Assembly: GCA_016839745.1 (NCBI GenBank) | Contig: JAEOTS010000009.1 | Location: forward strand, 9,507 to 73,506 | Reading direction: 5' to 3' | DNA from: Promethearchaeota archaeon | GTDB taxonomy: Archaea > Asgardarchaeota > Lokiarchaeia > Sigyniarchaeales > SOKP01 | DNA: 64,000 nt | Part shown: piece by piece, positions 48,390 through 58,844 of the stretch | Layout: each line of letters opens with the position of its first letter | Position numbering within the stretch: position 1 is the stretch's first letter | The notes under the pieces: generated by a model | What the model was told of the DNA's origin: nothing | What the model saw: the letters and a program-made list of their open reading frames with translations, nothing else | The model's database searches: none | Position numbers and translations under genes: made by a program

Positions 48390-48671
48390 ATGGATAATCG
48401 AGATACTCAGTCTGATTTAGATAAAGCTTGGGAGCATTACGAGAAAATCCGAGACTCTCTCAACGGTTTATACGAAATTTTGAACATGAATTTGGACGAT
48501 GGAAACATATTTTACCAATGCGCAGTTGATAATCTTGAGATTTTAAAGGAGACCATAATTGATTTGTTAAAAAAAGATTATAACCCAACCGAAATTAAAA
48601 TTAAATTGCGGGAATTAGAATTTGACATGAAGAAAACTCTCTTTTTTGAGAAAAAGGAGAATCAGAAATAA
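48390..48671 (+). CDS. hypothetical small helical protein
   Basis: 93 aa, 38 nt downstream of the previous gene. Confidence 0.45.
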   Translation: MDNRDTQSDLDKAWEHYEKIRDSLNGLYEILNMNLDDGNIFYQCAVDNLEILKETIIDLLKKDYNPTEIKIKLRELEFDMKKTLFFEKKENQK

Positions 48672-48837
48672 GTTATTTGAGCTAATCTGTTTGTATTAAT
48701 CCCGCACTATTAATTCTTTCATTTTCTTAGCATTGCATTTCAAATATCACTTTCATTTATAAGGGGGATTGAGACAATTTAAATTAAAGTTATTTTATAT
48801 ATTTATTTGAAAACTAAAAATTAAGAGGGAATATGAA

Positions 48838-49551
48838 GTGTTAACTTTATTTGGTTGGATAGATGGGATTACTGCGTCTGGAGTTGTTATTTTTGGTTTC
48901 ATTTTTGGATTTTTCTTCTTATATAAAGCGCGTAAGTCCAGTGCTAAGATTTTATCTGTTTTAGGAATAGTAAATATTTTAGCTGGGCTTATGTATTTAG
49001 GGGTTTTTACAGATTTCTTAGTAGTTCTGGTAACAGAAACTAACCTGGATAATACTTACGGCTTAGTTGGGATTTTAAGTTATATATGGTTCGCTCCAGT
49101 AATAATACTTGCTCTCTATATCGGTGCTGAACTCTTGATACCCAAAAGAAAGTGGTATCTCATGTTTATCATCGTTGTTATATGTATATTATTTGAAATT
49201 CTTTTCTTCTTAGACCCATTGGGTACATTTAATTTTGTCCCTCCACCAGAAGTTCCACCAACAGGAGAATTATTAATTGATTACAATGTAAATATGTTTA
49301 CACCAGCTGGAATAATAATGGCAATATTATTACTCGCGGTCCTAATTATTCTTGGATTTGGTTTTTTAATAAAGAGCTTTCAGTCTTCAGGCGTATTAAG
49401 GAAAAAATTCTTTTTCTTATCAATGGGATCGATCTGTTTTTGCATATTTGGACTATTAGAGGGTTTAACAGAACCCGGATTTATGGTAATTTTCGTAAGG
49501 CTCGGTTATCTCATTAGTTTTTGGCTGATGTATTATGGTCTAAAAGATTAG
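48838..49551 (+). CDS. hypothetical multipass membrane protein
   Basis: 237 aa with a GTG start preceded by GAGGG. About 7 hydrophobic helices. Confidence 0.55.
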   Translation: MLTLFGWIDGITASGVVIFGFIFGFFFLYKARKSSAKILSVLGIVNILAGLMYLGVFTDFLVVLVTETNLDNTYGLVGILSYIWFAPVIILALYIGAELLIPKRKWYLMFIIVVICILFEILFFLDPLGTFNFVPPPEVPPTGELLIDYNVNMFTPAGIIMAILLLAVLIILGFGFLIKSFQSSGVLRKKFFFLSMGSICFCIFGLLEGLTEPGFMVIFVRLGYLISFWLMYYGLKD

Positions 49552-49663
49552 AATTATCTTTCAAATCTTTTTTTTCTTTTTTATCGATTTAAAAGGCAAA
49601 ATAAAAATTGCTTTATTTATTTTCTCAATTAAAGGTAATTGATTAATAGTTAGGTATTTTTTT

Positions 49664-50686
49664 TTGTCTACACTTAAATCTGCAATCGATGAAATTGACG
49701 GTGTTTACCGAATAAAAATTGATGTTCCTTTTCAAGTCAAATTCGTATGCAGTTATCTTTTTAAGTTAGAGGACCAAACTGTTCTAATCGATGCAGGTTT
49801 CAATAGTCCCTCGTGGAAGAAGAAATTTATACAAAAAATCAACAATATTGGATTTAATATTGAGGATATTGATATTTGTATAATCACTCATAACCATATA
49901 GACCATATTGGGCTAATTCAAGAATTTAAAAAGAAGAACCCTGAGTTAAAGATCGTTATGCATAACATAACTAATAAACTCTTAGAGTGGGAAACAGATA
50001 AATCAAATAAGGAAGACATTGAAAAAAAGGCTATTAAAATTTCTTTGGAAATGAAGAAATATGGGTTGAGTGAAGAGGAAAGGTTAAGAATTATACAATT
50101 TTTTACTTATTGGCCAAGTTTAAGGAGACATTACCCACCAGATAAAATTGTACATGATGGTGATAAGCTTTTAAACGATTTAGAAATAATTTGGACACCA
50201 GGTCATAGTTTTGGGCATATTTGTATTTTTAACTCAAAAAAGAAATATCTTTTCAGCGGGGATCATATTTTAAGTCGCATTACACCACATATAGGCAATT
50301 TTGTAATACCTGATTTTCTCGCTGATGAATATAAGAACTATAACTTCAAGAATGTGCTTGATCAATACCTTCAGTCATTAGACAGAATTGACCTATTGAA
50401 TCCAAAAGTTATCTTTCCCGCTCACCAAGAAATAATTTATAATCCCCATGAAAGAATAAAAACAATAAAAGAACACCACGCGAATAGGCTTAATGATATT
50501 TCCAAAGTAATAAAAAAAAATCCAATAAGCCCAAGGAAGATATCTCAAATTCACTTTGGTGAAGATTTGGACGTAATTAACTCGTTTATGGCTTTAAGTG
50601 AAGTTTTAGGCCATCTTTTCTATCTCGAAGACCTCGGAAAAATTGATAAATTAGAAAAGAACGGCAAATTTTATTATCAAAGTTAA
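49664..50686 (+). CDS. MBL-fold metallo-hydrolase
   Basis: HxHxDH motif (ITHNHIDHIG), TPGHSFGH, and later GDH and H residues. TTG start. Confidence 0.8.
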   Translation: MSTLKSAIDEIDGVYRIKIDVPFQVKFVCSYLFKLEDQTVLIDAGFNSPSWKKKFIQKINNIGFNIEDIDICIITHNHIDHIGLIQEFKKKNPELKIVMHNITNKLLEWETDKSNKEDIEKKAIKISLEMKKYGLSEEERLRIIQFFTYWPSLRRHYPPDKIVHDGDKLLNDLEIIWTPGHSFGHICIFNSKKKYLFSGDHILSRITPHIGNFVIPDFLADEYKNYNFKNVLDQYLQSLDRIDLLNPKVIFPAHQEIIYNPHERIKTIKEHHANRLNDISKVIKKNPISPRKISQIHFGEDLDVINSFMALSEVLGHLFYLEDLGKIDKLEKNGKFYYQS

Positions 50687-50726
50687 AAACTATGGGTTTC
50701 CTCTCCTAAATAAATTAGTTAATTAG

Positions 50727-51188
50727 CTACATAGGAACTTTCTCATTTTGAGATACGGTCTTAATAGGTTTTAAAACTACGCAAACTCGTTCCACTCCTT
50801 TAACATCGCTTCTACCTCTAAAACTTTCTATAACTGCATCGAGTTCATTTATTTCTGGAACATTTACCTTAACAAGAATGCCACATTCTCCCGCTAAGAA
50901 ATATACTTCTTCACACTGGGGAAGTATTTGGGCTTCTCGCAATAATTCCTTTAATTCGGATTGACTTCTCGGGATCAATGTGATAAATGCTATTATACAG
51001 TGTTCGTCCTCTCTACATACCTTAATCGTGAACTTTTCTATTACGTTTTCGTCTTGAAGTTTAATAACTCTTTTTCTCACGGTGGATTCACTCATTCCTA
51101 TTTCCTCTCCTATTTCTCGATATGGTCTTCGTGAATCCTCGATTAACATTTCTAGAATTTGTTTATCTTTCTCATCTAAATTTTTCAT
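50727..51188 (-). CDS. Lrp/AsnC-family transcriptional regulator
   Basis: HTH LDEKDKQILEMLIEDSRRPYREIGEEIGMSESTVRKRVIKL plus a C-terminal RAM-like domain. The ATG at 51186..51188 is preferred over the track TTG at 51218. Confidence 0.85.
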   Translation of the reverse strand: MKNLDEKDKQILEMLIEDSRRPYREIGEEIGMSESTVRKRVIKLQDENVIEKFTIKVCREDEHCIIAFITLIPRSQSELKELLREAQILPQCEEVYFLAGECGILVKVNVPEINELDAVIESFRGRSDVKGVERVCVVLKPIKTVSQNEKVPM

Positions 51189-51265
51189 ATTTCTATCACA
51201 CTCTTCCAATTTGTTCAAATACAGTAAAAAAATTATTAAAATTAAATTTTATATTACACTATTAA

Positions 51266-52204
51266 CTAAAAATTCTTTAATAATGGCTCAAAAAGCCTTT
51301 CGTAGTGAACGGCCATGCAATGAATGCCCGCAGCCTTAGTAGTTTTCTGGATTTCTCTTATAAACGGTTCAAAAAAATCAATATTAATTTTATCGATAGC
51401 TTGATTCCGTTTTTTCTTATCTTCTTTGAATTCCTTTTTTACACTTTTTAAAGCGCTCAAAAGATCCTTTGGAACTGAAACACCAGGGATGTACTCGTTA
51501 AAATACCAAGCAATTCCATAATTTTTTATAGGAAATAATCCCAGCAAAACAGGAACATTGAATCTTTCTAATTCTTTTAAAAATTCCTTGGCATCATCTA
51601 TATCAAAAGATGTTTGAGTTTGAATGAAATCAGCACCAACTTCTACTTTTCTTCCTACTTTAAGGATTTCAGGTTCTCTGGGGTTTGAATTTGGATTAGC
51701 GGCGCATCCCACATTCATTTCGATTTTCCCACCTTCAATTTCGTTTCCCTCTAAGTCAGTACCATCATCTACCATTTTAGAAACGAGATCGATTAATTGT
51801 GTAGAGTCTAAATCATATACTGCTCTTGCATTTTTATTATCTCCTAACGCTGAATGATCTCCTGTCAAAGCTAAAAGGTTTCTCAATCCAAGAATCGAAC
51901 CTCCTAAAATATCACCAAATAAAGCAATCCTATTCCTATCTCTAACGGTTATCTGCCAGATGGCTTCTAGCCCTACTTTTTCTTGAACTAAATGGCATGG
52001 TACCAAAGAGCAAGTGTAAGCGTCTCCTTGTGGTCCATCAGTTACATTAGCCGCAGTAATCTTTCCCGTTTTCTTCATTTCTTCTGCGGAATGCAGAATG
52101 GAGGATAAATCAACCATCTTTTTCGGCTCCAATTCACCAGTGAATAAAAATTTGCCTTCTTTCATTGTTTTTACTAAATTACTATATGCTGGTCTTTTTG
52201 CCAT
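51266..52204 (-). CDS. metF: methylenetetrahydrofolate reductase, MetF (copy 2)
   Basis: 312 aa, collinear with copy 1 (FLFTGELEPKK, ANVTDGP, LALTGDH, VGCAANPN, FIQTQ). GGAGGAG lies upstream of the ATG. Confidence 0.85.
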   Translation of the reverse strand: MAKRPAYSNLVKTMKEGKFLFTGELEPKKMVDLSSILHSAEEMKKTGKITAANVTDGPQGDAYTCSLVPCHLVQEKVGLEAIWQITVRDRNRIALFGDILGGSILGLRNLLALTGDHSALGDNKNARAVYDLDSTQLIDLVSKMVDDGTDLEGNEIEGGKIEMNVGCAANPNSNPREPEILKVGRKVEVGADFIQTQTSFDIDDAKEFLKELERFNVPVLLGLFPIKNYGIAWYFNEYIPGVSVPKDLLSALKSVKKEFKEDKKKRNQAIDKINIDFFEPFIREIQKTTKAAGIHCMAVHYERLFEPLLKNF

Positions 52205-52207
52205 TTT

Positions 52208-52906
52208 TTAATTCTCCTCCTTTTGTGGTTCAGTTTCTTCGTTTGTGAACGTTTTATTTATCTCTATGAATCTGGGGCTACTCCATAGCTGATAATTTCT
52301 TGGCGGACGATACTTATTAAAGAGATCAAGCCTATTGAATTTCCTAAGACGTTCATAAATCTTTATCCAGGCACACTCATGTATATATCCACCAACTTCG
52401 CATTTACCATTAACTGTACCTCCACACGGTCCATTACTCAAGTTTTTAGCACAACCTGCCATAGGACATACTCCACCAGTAACCCCTAGTAAACACTCTC
52501 CACAAGTTTCACAGTATTCAGCAAAATTATTTTCAGCGTTATTTTCTGCTCCTCCAAACATACTATTTTGGGCTGGATAAGTAATAATGTTTTCGAATAT
52601 TCTATTCATCATAACAACTCCCAAACCGCAGGATAGAGATACAATTGCATCATAATGCTCAACAAACGGTCGAACAGTTGTTGCTGCGATTCTATCGTCA
52701 CATTGTCTGAGTACAGTTATAGCTTTCCATGTTAATTCCTTCCCCTCGCTCCTTGCTTTTAATTCTAGCATCTGTGCTAATACTTTTGCCTCGTTGATAG
52801 AGCGAGGAGGTTGACAGCAGCCGTCACATCCAGCTACTAAAATCTTCGAATACGGTTTTATCATCTCGTAAATTTCTTCAATATTTTTCTGTTGCGTGAT
52901 TATCAT
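52208..52906 (-). CDS. metV: MetV partner subunit (copy 2)
   Basis: CETCGECLLGVTGGVCPMAGCAKNLSNGPCGGTVNGKCEV. The gene ends 3 nt before metF copy 2. Confidence 0.85.
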   Translation of the reverse strand: MIITQQKNIEEIYEMIKPYSKILVAGCDGCCQPPRSINEAKVLAQMLELKARSEGKELTWKAITVLRQCDDRIAATTVRPFVEHYDAIVSLSCGLGVVMMNRIFENIITYPAQNSMFGGAENNAENNFAEYCETCGECLLGVTGGVCPMAGCAKNLSNGPCGGTVNGKCEVGGYIHECAWIKIYERLRKFNRLDLFNKYRPPRNYQLWSSPRFIEINKTFTNEETEPQKEEN

Positions 52907-52937
52907 ATTATTTAACTCCTTTTTTTATCATAAATAT

Positions 52938-55900
52938 TTATTCTGATATTTTAATTGATTTACTTTTATTTTCTAATTCAATTGATCCTAATTTTTTTAT
53001 TCTTTCGACGAATTCTATCATCGTATCAGAGAATATTTTACCTTCGCTGGCAGAAATCCATTTACGCAAAAATCTATCAGGATTAATCCCTATGGATTCG
53101 AGTTCTGATTCAATTTCATTTGTTCTTCTCAAAGTATCTTGATTTCCAGCAATGTAATGACAATCTCCGATATGACATCCTCCTACGAAAACTCCATCTG
53201 CACCCTCTAAAAATGCTTGTAATATGAGGCTCTTAGATAATCCTCCAGAACACATCACTCTTATCGTTCTAACATTAGGCGGGTATTGGTATCGACTTAC
53301 TCCAGCTAAATCTGCGCCGGCATAACTGCACCAATTGCATAAGAATGCTATGATTCTTGGACGTCCGTTTCCGAATTCAACGCGTGCTGCTTCAGCTATC
53401 ATTGGTTCAATCTGAGAGGTTCCAAAATGGCTCATTGTAATTGCTTCAGCAGGGCACTCAGCGGCGCAGTCCCCACATCCCTTACACAACAAGGGGTTTA
53501 CTTCGGAGATCATTTTACCTTCTTCATATTTTACTCCAACGGCTCCGTAGTTACAAACTTCAGCACATCGATTACAACCTATGCATAGTGCTGGATTAAC
53601 TTTTGAAATTACACCTTCTGTTACTAGGATATCCTTAGATAAAATTGTAGTCGCTCTCGAAGCTGCTGATAATGCTTGAGCGATACTTTCGCTGATCGTA
53701 GCAGTTCCACGGGCTGTACCACATAAGAATATACCATCAGTTGCGAAATCTGAAGGTCTTAGTTTCACATGCGCCTCCAAAAAAAAGTTGTCACTATTTG
53801 TAGGTACTTTTAGCATTTTCGCTAATTTTTCATTTTCTTCTCCATCAGAAACAATACCGGCGCTTAATGCTATTAAATCGGAATTAATAGACAAATTGCC
53901 TAATTTTGGTGTTTCTATTTTTACACTTAATTTTCCGCTATCTTGAACGATTTCTGGGGGTTTTTCATGATTAAATCGAATGAAAACAATTCCTTTTTCC
54001 CTTGCTAAGTTGTAATACTTTTCCTTAAATCCATAAGTTCTTATATCCCTGTAAATAACTACAATATTTAATTTTGGATTAACTTCTTTTGCTTTTATTG
54101 CGTTTTTAATAGCTTCAGCACAACACATTCTGCTACAATAGGGGTGTTCTTCGTTTCTAGAACCAACGCACTGTATCATTACTAATGTGTTTACTCCCTC
54201 GATTTTTTCAGGATTCGTATAAAGAATATTTTCTAATTCAGATTGCAAAATTACTTTATCATTTTTCCCAAAAAGAAATTCTCCTTCTTTTGGTTGATAT
54301 TCGTGAGCACCGGTAGCTACGATTATGATTCCATGCTGAAATTCCGTTGTTTCTTTATCATTACCAAAAGTAATATTTGTCGTGAAATTACAGACATATC
54401 CACCAATTGAATTGATTTTACCATTAAGAAAAACATTAATGAGTTTATGTTCATTAACTTTTTTGATTAAATCCGAAATATGTTCTTGAACATCGTAATT
54501 TTCAATTGTTTGATGTATATTTTTAGAAAAACCACCAAGTTCATTGCTTTTTTCAATGAGAAACACTTCAAATCCTTGATTTGCTAAGTTAAGCGCTGCC
54601 GTCATTCCTGCTACACCCCCGCCAATCACCATTCCTTTATGTATTACGGGTACTTCTTGTTCTTGTAATGGTATTAAATTACGAGCTTTTGCGATTGCCA
54701 TCCTAACCAAGTCTTTAGCTTTTTCTGTGGCTTCTTTTGGCTCATGCATGTGTACCCATGAGCATTGATCTCGAATATTAGCCAAATCAAAAAGATATTT
54801 GTTCAACCCGGCTTCCCTAATTGTTGCTTGAAATAATGGTTCGTGCGTTCTAGGTGTGCATGAAGCAACTATCACTCGATTTAAGTTAAACTCTTTAATT
54901 TTTTCTTTAATATTTGTTTGGGTATCAGCTGAACAAGTATATAGGTTTCTTTCAGCATAACTTACATCTGGTAATTTACTTGCATAGTCAACAACGTCAG
55001 CAACATCAACAACACCTGCAATATTAATTCCACAATGACACACAAAAACTCCAATTCGGGGAGGTTCCCCAATAGTATCAATTTCTCTCGGGAGTTTTTT
55101 TTCAGTAATTAAGGTATTTCTAGCTTCAGACAATAAAATATTAACAGCTCCAGCTGCTGCACTTGCTTCAACCACAGTTTCTGGAATATCTTTTGGCTCT
55201 GAAAACATCCCACAAACATAAATTCCTTCTCGAGAGGTTTCTACAGGAGAAAATGGTTTAGTCTTACAGAACAATTCTTCGTTCAAATCAATCTTTAATT
55301 TTATCGCTAACTCTTGAGTACTAAGATTTGGCATCGCCCCTACTGCTAAAACTACTAAATTAAAAATGTCTTCAATTATCTTCCCATCTTCAGACTCATA
55401 ACTAAGGATTAAATCGTTCGATTCTGAAACCTCTTTCACGGCTGAAATTCTACTTCGGATATATTTTACTCCGTATTCTTCTTGAGCACGATCAATATAC
55501 TTATCAAAATCTTTTCCACATGCTCTAATATCCATTGAAAAAATGGTAGGTTGAACAATTGGCATATGTTCCTTAGCAATTACTGCTTCTTTAGCAGTAT
55601 ACATGCAACAAACAGATGAACAATATTCGCCACCATGTTTTTTATCTCTTGAACCTACACATTGCAAGAATGCAATTTTTTTAGGGATTATCCCATCTGA
55701 TGGCCTAAGAATAAGACCCGAATGCGGACCACTTGCACTCAATATACGCTCGAATTGAATACTCGTGACAACATTGGGATATTTTCCAAAACCATAATGC
55801 TGTGTAGATGCTGGATCATATTCATCAAATCCAGGTGCTAGAATTACAGCCCCTACATTAAGTGTAGTCTTTTTATCTTTAAGGGTATAATCGATGGCTT

Positions 55901-56399
55901 TAGCTTTACATACACCCTTACAAAATCCACACCCTATACATATATCTTGATTAATAGAAAACACTAAAGGAACAGCTTGAGGGAATTTAACGGATATCGC
56001 CGCTCTTTTTGAGAGACCTTCATTAAAGAAGTCAATTGCTTCTACTGGGCATTCTTGAGCACATACACCGCAACCAGTACATGTTTCTTGATCTAAAAAC
56101 AACGATTGTTGCTTTAGCTCAACTTTGAAATTACCTGGCTTTCCCGTAATTTTTTCGAGAGTAGTATTAATTAAAAGGTTGATATTTTCATGGCGTCCTG
56201 CGGCAACCAATTTTGGCGCGAGGATACAAATGGCACAATCATTAGTTGGAAAGGTTTTATCTAGCTGGGACATCACACCTCCAATACTCATTGTTGATTC
56301 TGCTAAATATACTTTATAACCAGAGTCACCCAAATCCATTGAAGCTTGTATACCTGCTATTCCGCCTCCAATAACTAAAACCGAGCCCACTTTTTCCAT
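52938..56399 (-). CDS. fused HdrA-like / HdrA / MvhD polyprotein (heterodisulfide-reductase subunit A-type flavoprotein with a C-terminal MvhD domain)
   Basis: 1153 aa. FAD motif VLVIGGGIAG with LDKTFPTNDCAICILAPK and an inserted ferredoxin. Then the HdrA N-domain IGVFVCHCGINIAG, a second FAD motif MVIGGGVAGMTAA, CVGSRN..YCSRMCC and a C-terminal 2x[4Fe-4S]. Then the MvhD block FLCNWCSYAGADLAGVSR..VMCSG. Confidence 0.85.
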   Translation of the reverse strand: MEKVGSVLVIGGGIAGIQASMDLGDSGYKVYLAESTMSIGGVMSQLDKTFPTNDCAICILAPKLVAAGRHENINLLINTTLEKITGKPGNFKVELKQQSLFLDQETCTGCGVCAQECPVEAIDFFNEGLSKRAAISVKFPQAVPLVFSINQDICIGCGFCKGVCKAKAIDYTLKDKKTTLNVGAVILAPGFDEYDPASTQHYGFGKYPNVVTSIQFERILSASGPHSGLILRPSDGIIPKKIAFLQCVGSRDKKHGGEYCSSVCCMYTAKEAVIAKEHMPIVQPTIFSMDIRACGKDFDKYIDRAQEEYGVKYIRSRISAVKEVSESNDLILSYESEDGKIIEDIFNLVVLAVGAMPNLSTQELAIKLKIDLNEELFCKTKPFSPVETSREGIYVCGMFSEPKDIPETVVEASAAAGAVNILLSEARNTLITEKKLPREIDTIGEPPRIGVFVCHCGINIAGVVDVADVVDYASKLPDVSYAERNLYTCSADTQTNIKEKIKEFNLNRVIVASCTPRTHEPLFQATIREAGLNKYLFDLANIRDQCSWVHMHEPKEATEKAKDLVRMAIAKARNLIPLQEQEVPVIHKGMVIGGGVAGMTAALNLANQGFEVFLIEKSNELGGFSKNIHQTIENYDVQEHISDLIKKVNEHKLINVFLNGKINSIGGYVCNFTTNITFGNDKETTEFQHGIIIVATGAHEYQPKEGEFLFGKNDKVILQSELENILYTNPEKIEGVNTLVMIQCVGSRNEEHPYCSRMCCAEAIKNAIKAKEVNPKLNIVVIYRDIRTYGFKEKYYNLAREKGIVFIRFNHEKPPEIVQDSGKLSVKIETPKLGNLSINSDLIALSAGIVSDGEENEKLAKMLKVPTNSDNFFLEAHVKLRPSDFATDGIFLCGTARGTATISESIAQALSAASRATTILSKDILVTEGVISKVNPALCIGCNRCAEVCNYGAVGVKYEEGKMISEVNPLLCKGCGDCAAECPAEAITMSHFGTSQIEPMIAEAARVEFGNGRPRIIAFLCNWCSYAGADLAGVSRYQYPPNVRTIRVMCSGGLSKSLILQAFLEGADGVFVGGCHIGDCHYIAGNQDTLRRTNEIESELESIGINPDRFLRKWISASEGKIFSDTMIEFVERIKKLGSIELENKSKSIKISE

Positions 56400-56401
56400 T
56401 T

Positions 56402-57172
56402 TTATCCCCCCAAAATTGATATAAATGTTGGAATTTCTTCATTTATTTCAGAAACATCGACTAAACCTCTTGCCCTTAGAACAACTATGTGCTCTAACAC
56501 CTCGCTCGCTTTAATACCAATCTCATTTGCTATAGTAGGGACAGATTTACCTTTCTCTTTTATTTTTATTATGATTTTATGACGAATAAATTCATTTCTA
56601 ACGACCTCGTCAATTAAATTTTCAAATTTCTCAACTGTAATTTGTTCGCCGTATACATTTTCTTCAGTTACTAATTCCCTTTGTCTTGCTATTAACCCTC
56701 TCAATCTAGAATCCTCTAATACATTTTTAACAGCTTGTAACGAATCTGTTATTTGTGCTTCTTTTTGTTTTTCTTTCATTGGAGATGGTCCTAATTTTTG
56801 TATATGATTAGTAAATTCCGATACAATTTGAGCGAATTTATTTCCTTCTGCCGCAGAAACCCAATCAAGACGCATTCGATTAGAAAAATTAACTAAACCT
56901 AATAATTTGCTTAAAGCTTTCATTTTAATTTCAGCTTCATAATTGCCAGTTAGGTAATGACAGTCTCCTAAATGACACCCTAAAACAATTACTCCATCAA
57001 TTCCATGGATGAAAGCATCTGCGACGAACGATGGATCTACTCTGCCAGAGCACATTACTCGAATGACTCTAATATTGGTCGGGTATTGAATGCGGCTAAC
57101 GCCCGCAAGATCTGCACCTGCATAGGAACACCAGTTGCATAAAAATCCTAAAATTTTTGGTTCAAATTTCAT
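56402..57172 (-). CDS. mvhD: MvhD-like protein (methyl-viologen-reducing hydrogenase delta-subunit domain) with a C-terminal winged-helix extension
   Basis: FLCNWCSYAGADLAGVSRIQYPTNIRVIRVMCSGRVD and GCHLGDCHY. Residues ~195-250 (SVPTIANEIGIKASEVLEHIVVLRARGLVDV) look like a wHTH. Its ATG directly abuts the hdrA stop. Confidence 0.85.
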   Translation of the reverse strand: MKFEPKILGFLCNWCSYAGADLAGVSRIQYPTNIRVIRVMCSGRVDPSFVADAFIHGIDGVIVLGCHLGDCHYLTGNYEAEIKMKALSKLLGLVNFSNRMRLDWVSAAEGNKFAQIVSEFTNHIQKLGPSPMKEKQKEAQITDSLQAVKNVLEDSRLRGLIARQRELVTEENVYGEQITVEKFENLIDEVVRNEFIRHKIIIKIKEKGKSVPTIANEIGIKASEVLEHIVVLRARGLVDVSEINEEIPTFISILGG

Positions 57173-58840
57173 TTAAACACCTCCTCCGTAAGCAAAAATT
57201 TCTGCTCGTATTTGATCCCCCGTAAAGTGATGGATAATTATTGCTTTTTTAGGACAACTTGCTCCACACAGTCCACATCCTTTGCAAACTACTTTATTAA
57301 CAATTGCAGTGTCTGTAATTTCATCTTTTGTAATAGCTTTATAGGGACAAATTTTTATGCAGGCTTCACATCCAATACATAATTCCTCTATAACTTCTGC
57401 GGTTGATCCTTCTACTTCTAAAGTATCTTTCCATAAAATTCTAGAAGCCCGCGAAGCCGCTGCATTAGCTTGACTAGTACTTTCGGCTATATCGGCGGGC
57501 CAATGCGCAGATCCGCACATAAAAATACCATCAGTTGCAAAATCTACGGGTCTTAGTTTCACATGAGCCTCTAAGAAGAAATTATTTTCTTCTAATGGAA
57601 CTTTAAGCATTTTCGCTAACTTATCTGAATCCTCATTTGCGATAAGCGGAGTAGATAAGACTACAAGATCCTGTGGTATTTCAATTTCTTGGTTTAGTGA
57701 GTCACTATATACCTTTACTACACCTTTCTTAATAATTGGAGGTTTTTCTGGTAAGTATTTAATGAATAAGATACTCATCTCTCTGGCTTTTCGATAATAT
57801 TTCTCATAAACCGTTCCAGATGCTTGAATATCTTGGAATAATATGGTTATATGAGCATTGGGATTTTTTTCCTTAATTAGCATGGCGTTTTTCATTGCAG
57901 TCATGCAACAAATATTGGAACAATATTTTCTTACTTCATTTCGACAACCAACACACAATATCATTGTAATGTTATTAGAACTAATTTGATCAGCCTTCAA
58001 TAATTTCTCCAAGTCCAATTGGCTAATTATGTTTTTTTTATTATATCCATACAAGCCATCTGGTGTTAAAGGAATTGCGCCAGTTGCTATAATAATTACC
58101 CCCGCGTCTATTTCGATGGTTTTATCGTTTTGTTTAACAGAAATTTTATAATTTCCAATGAAACCATCAACTTTTTCGATTACTGAGGATTTGTAAACTT
58201 TAATTTTTTCATGAGATTCGATTAAATCTAAAGTCTCTAATAACTTTGAAGCATCCTCATTACTGGGATATACTTTATTAAGGGATCTAAGGAGTCCCCC
58301 TAACTCTTTTTCTTTTTCAATTAACGAGACTTCAAATCCTTGATTGCCCAGGTTTAGAGCTGCGGTCATTCCTGCTATTCCACCACCTATTACAATAGCT
58401 GAAGGAGTGATCGACACTTTTATTCTTTCTAATGGTTCCAATAAAGCTGCTTTGTGAACGCTCATCCTAATAAGGTCCTTAGCTTTAATCGTTCCTTTTT
58501 CTGGCTCCTTCATATGAACCCAAGAGTCCTGGTCTCTAATATTTACCATTTCGAATAAGTAAGGATTTAGACCAGCTTCTTGGCATATGGCTCTAAATAA
58601 GGGTTCATGAGTTCTCGGAGAACAAGAAGCTACGATAACGCGATTTAACTCGTGTTCTTTTATATTTTCTTTAATTTCAGTCAATCCTACTTCGGAACAA
58701 GTATAAAGGTTATCCGCTGAATAGGTTACATTTGGTAATGTTTTAGCATATTCCGCTAAAGACGGAACATCTAATACACCGCCAATATTAGTCCCGCAAT
58801 GACATACAAATACCCCAATTCTAATATCTTCGTCTGTCAT
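57173..58840 (-). CDS. hdrA: heterodisulfide reductase subunit A-type flavoprotein
   Basis: 555 aa. N-domain IGVFVCHCGTNIGGVLDV, FAD motif IVIGGGIAGMTAA, CVGCRN..YCSNICC, FFLEAHVKLRPVDFATDGIF, and C-terminal CIGCEACIKICP / CKGCGLCGASCP. Confidence 0.9.
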   Translation of the reverse strand: MTDEDIRIGVFVCHCGTNIGGVLDVPSLAEYAKTLPNVTYSADNLYTCSEVGLTEIKENIKEHELNRVIVASCSPRTHEPLFRAICQEAGLNPYLFEMVNIRDQDSWVHMKEPEKGTIKAKDLIRMSVHKAALLEPLERIKVSITPSAIVIGGGIAGMTAALNLGNQGFEVSLIEKEKELGGLLRSLNKVYPSNEDASKLLETLDLIESHEKIKVYKSSVIEKVDGFIGNYKISVKQNDKTIEIDAGVIIIATGAIPLTPDGLYGYNKKNIISQLDLEKLLKADQISSNNITMILCVGCRNEVRKYCSNICCMTAMKNAMLIKEKNPNAHITILFQDIQASGTVYEKYYRKAREMSILFIKYLPEKPPIIKKGVVKVYSDSLNQEIEIPQDLVVLSTPLIANEDSDKLAKMLKVPLEENNFFLEAHVKLRPVDFATDGIFMCGSAHWPADIAESTSQANAAASRASRILWKDTLEVEGSTAEVIEELCIGCEACIKICPYKAITKDEITDTAIVNKVVCKGCGLCGASCPKKAIIIHHFTGDQIRAEIFAYGGGV

Positions 58841-58844
58841 TTTT

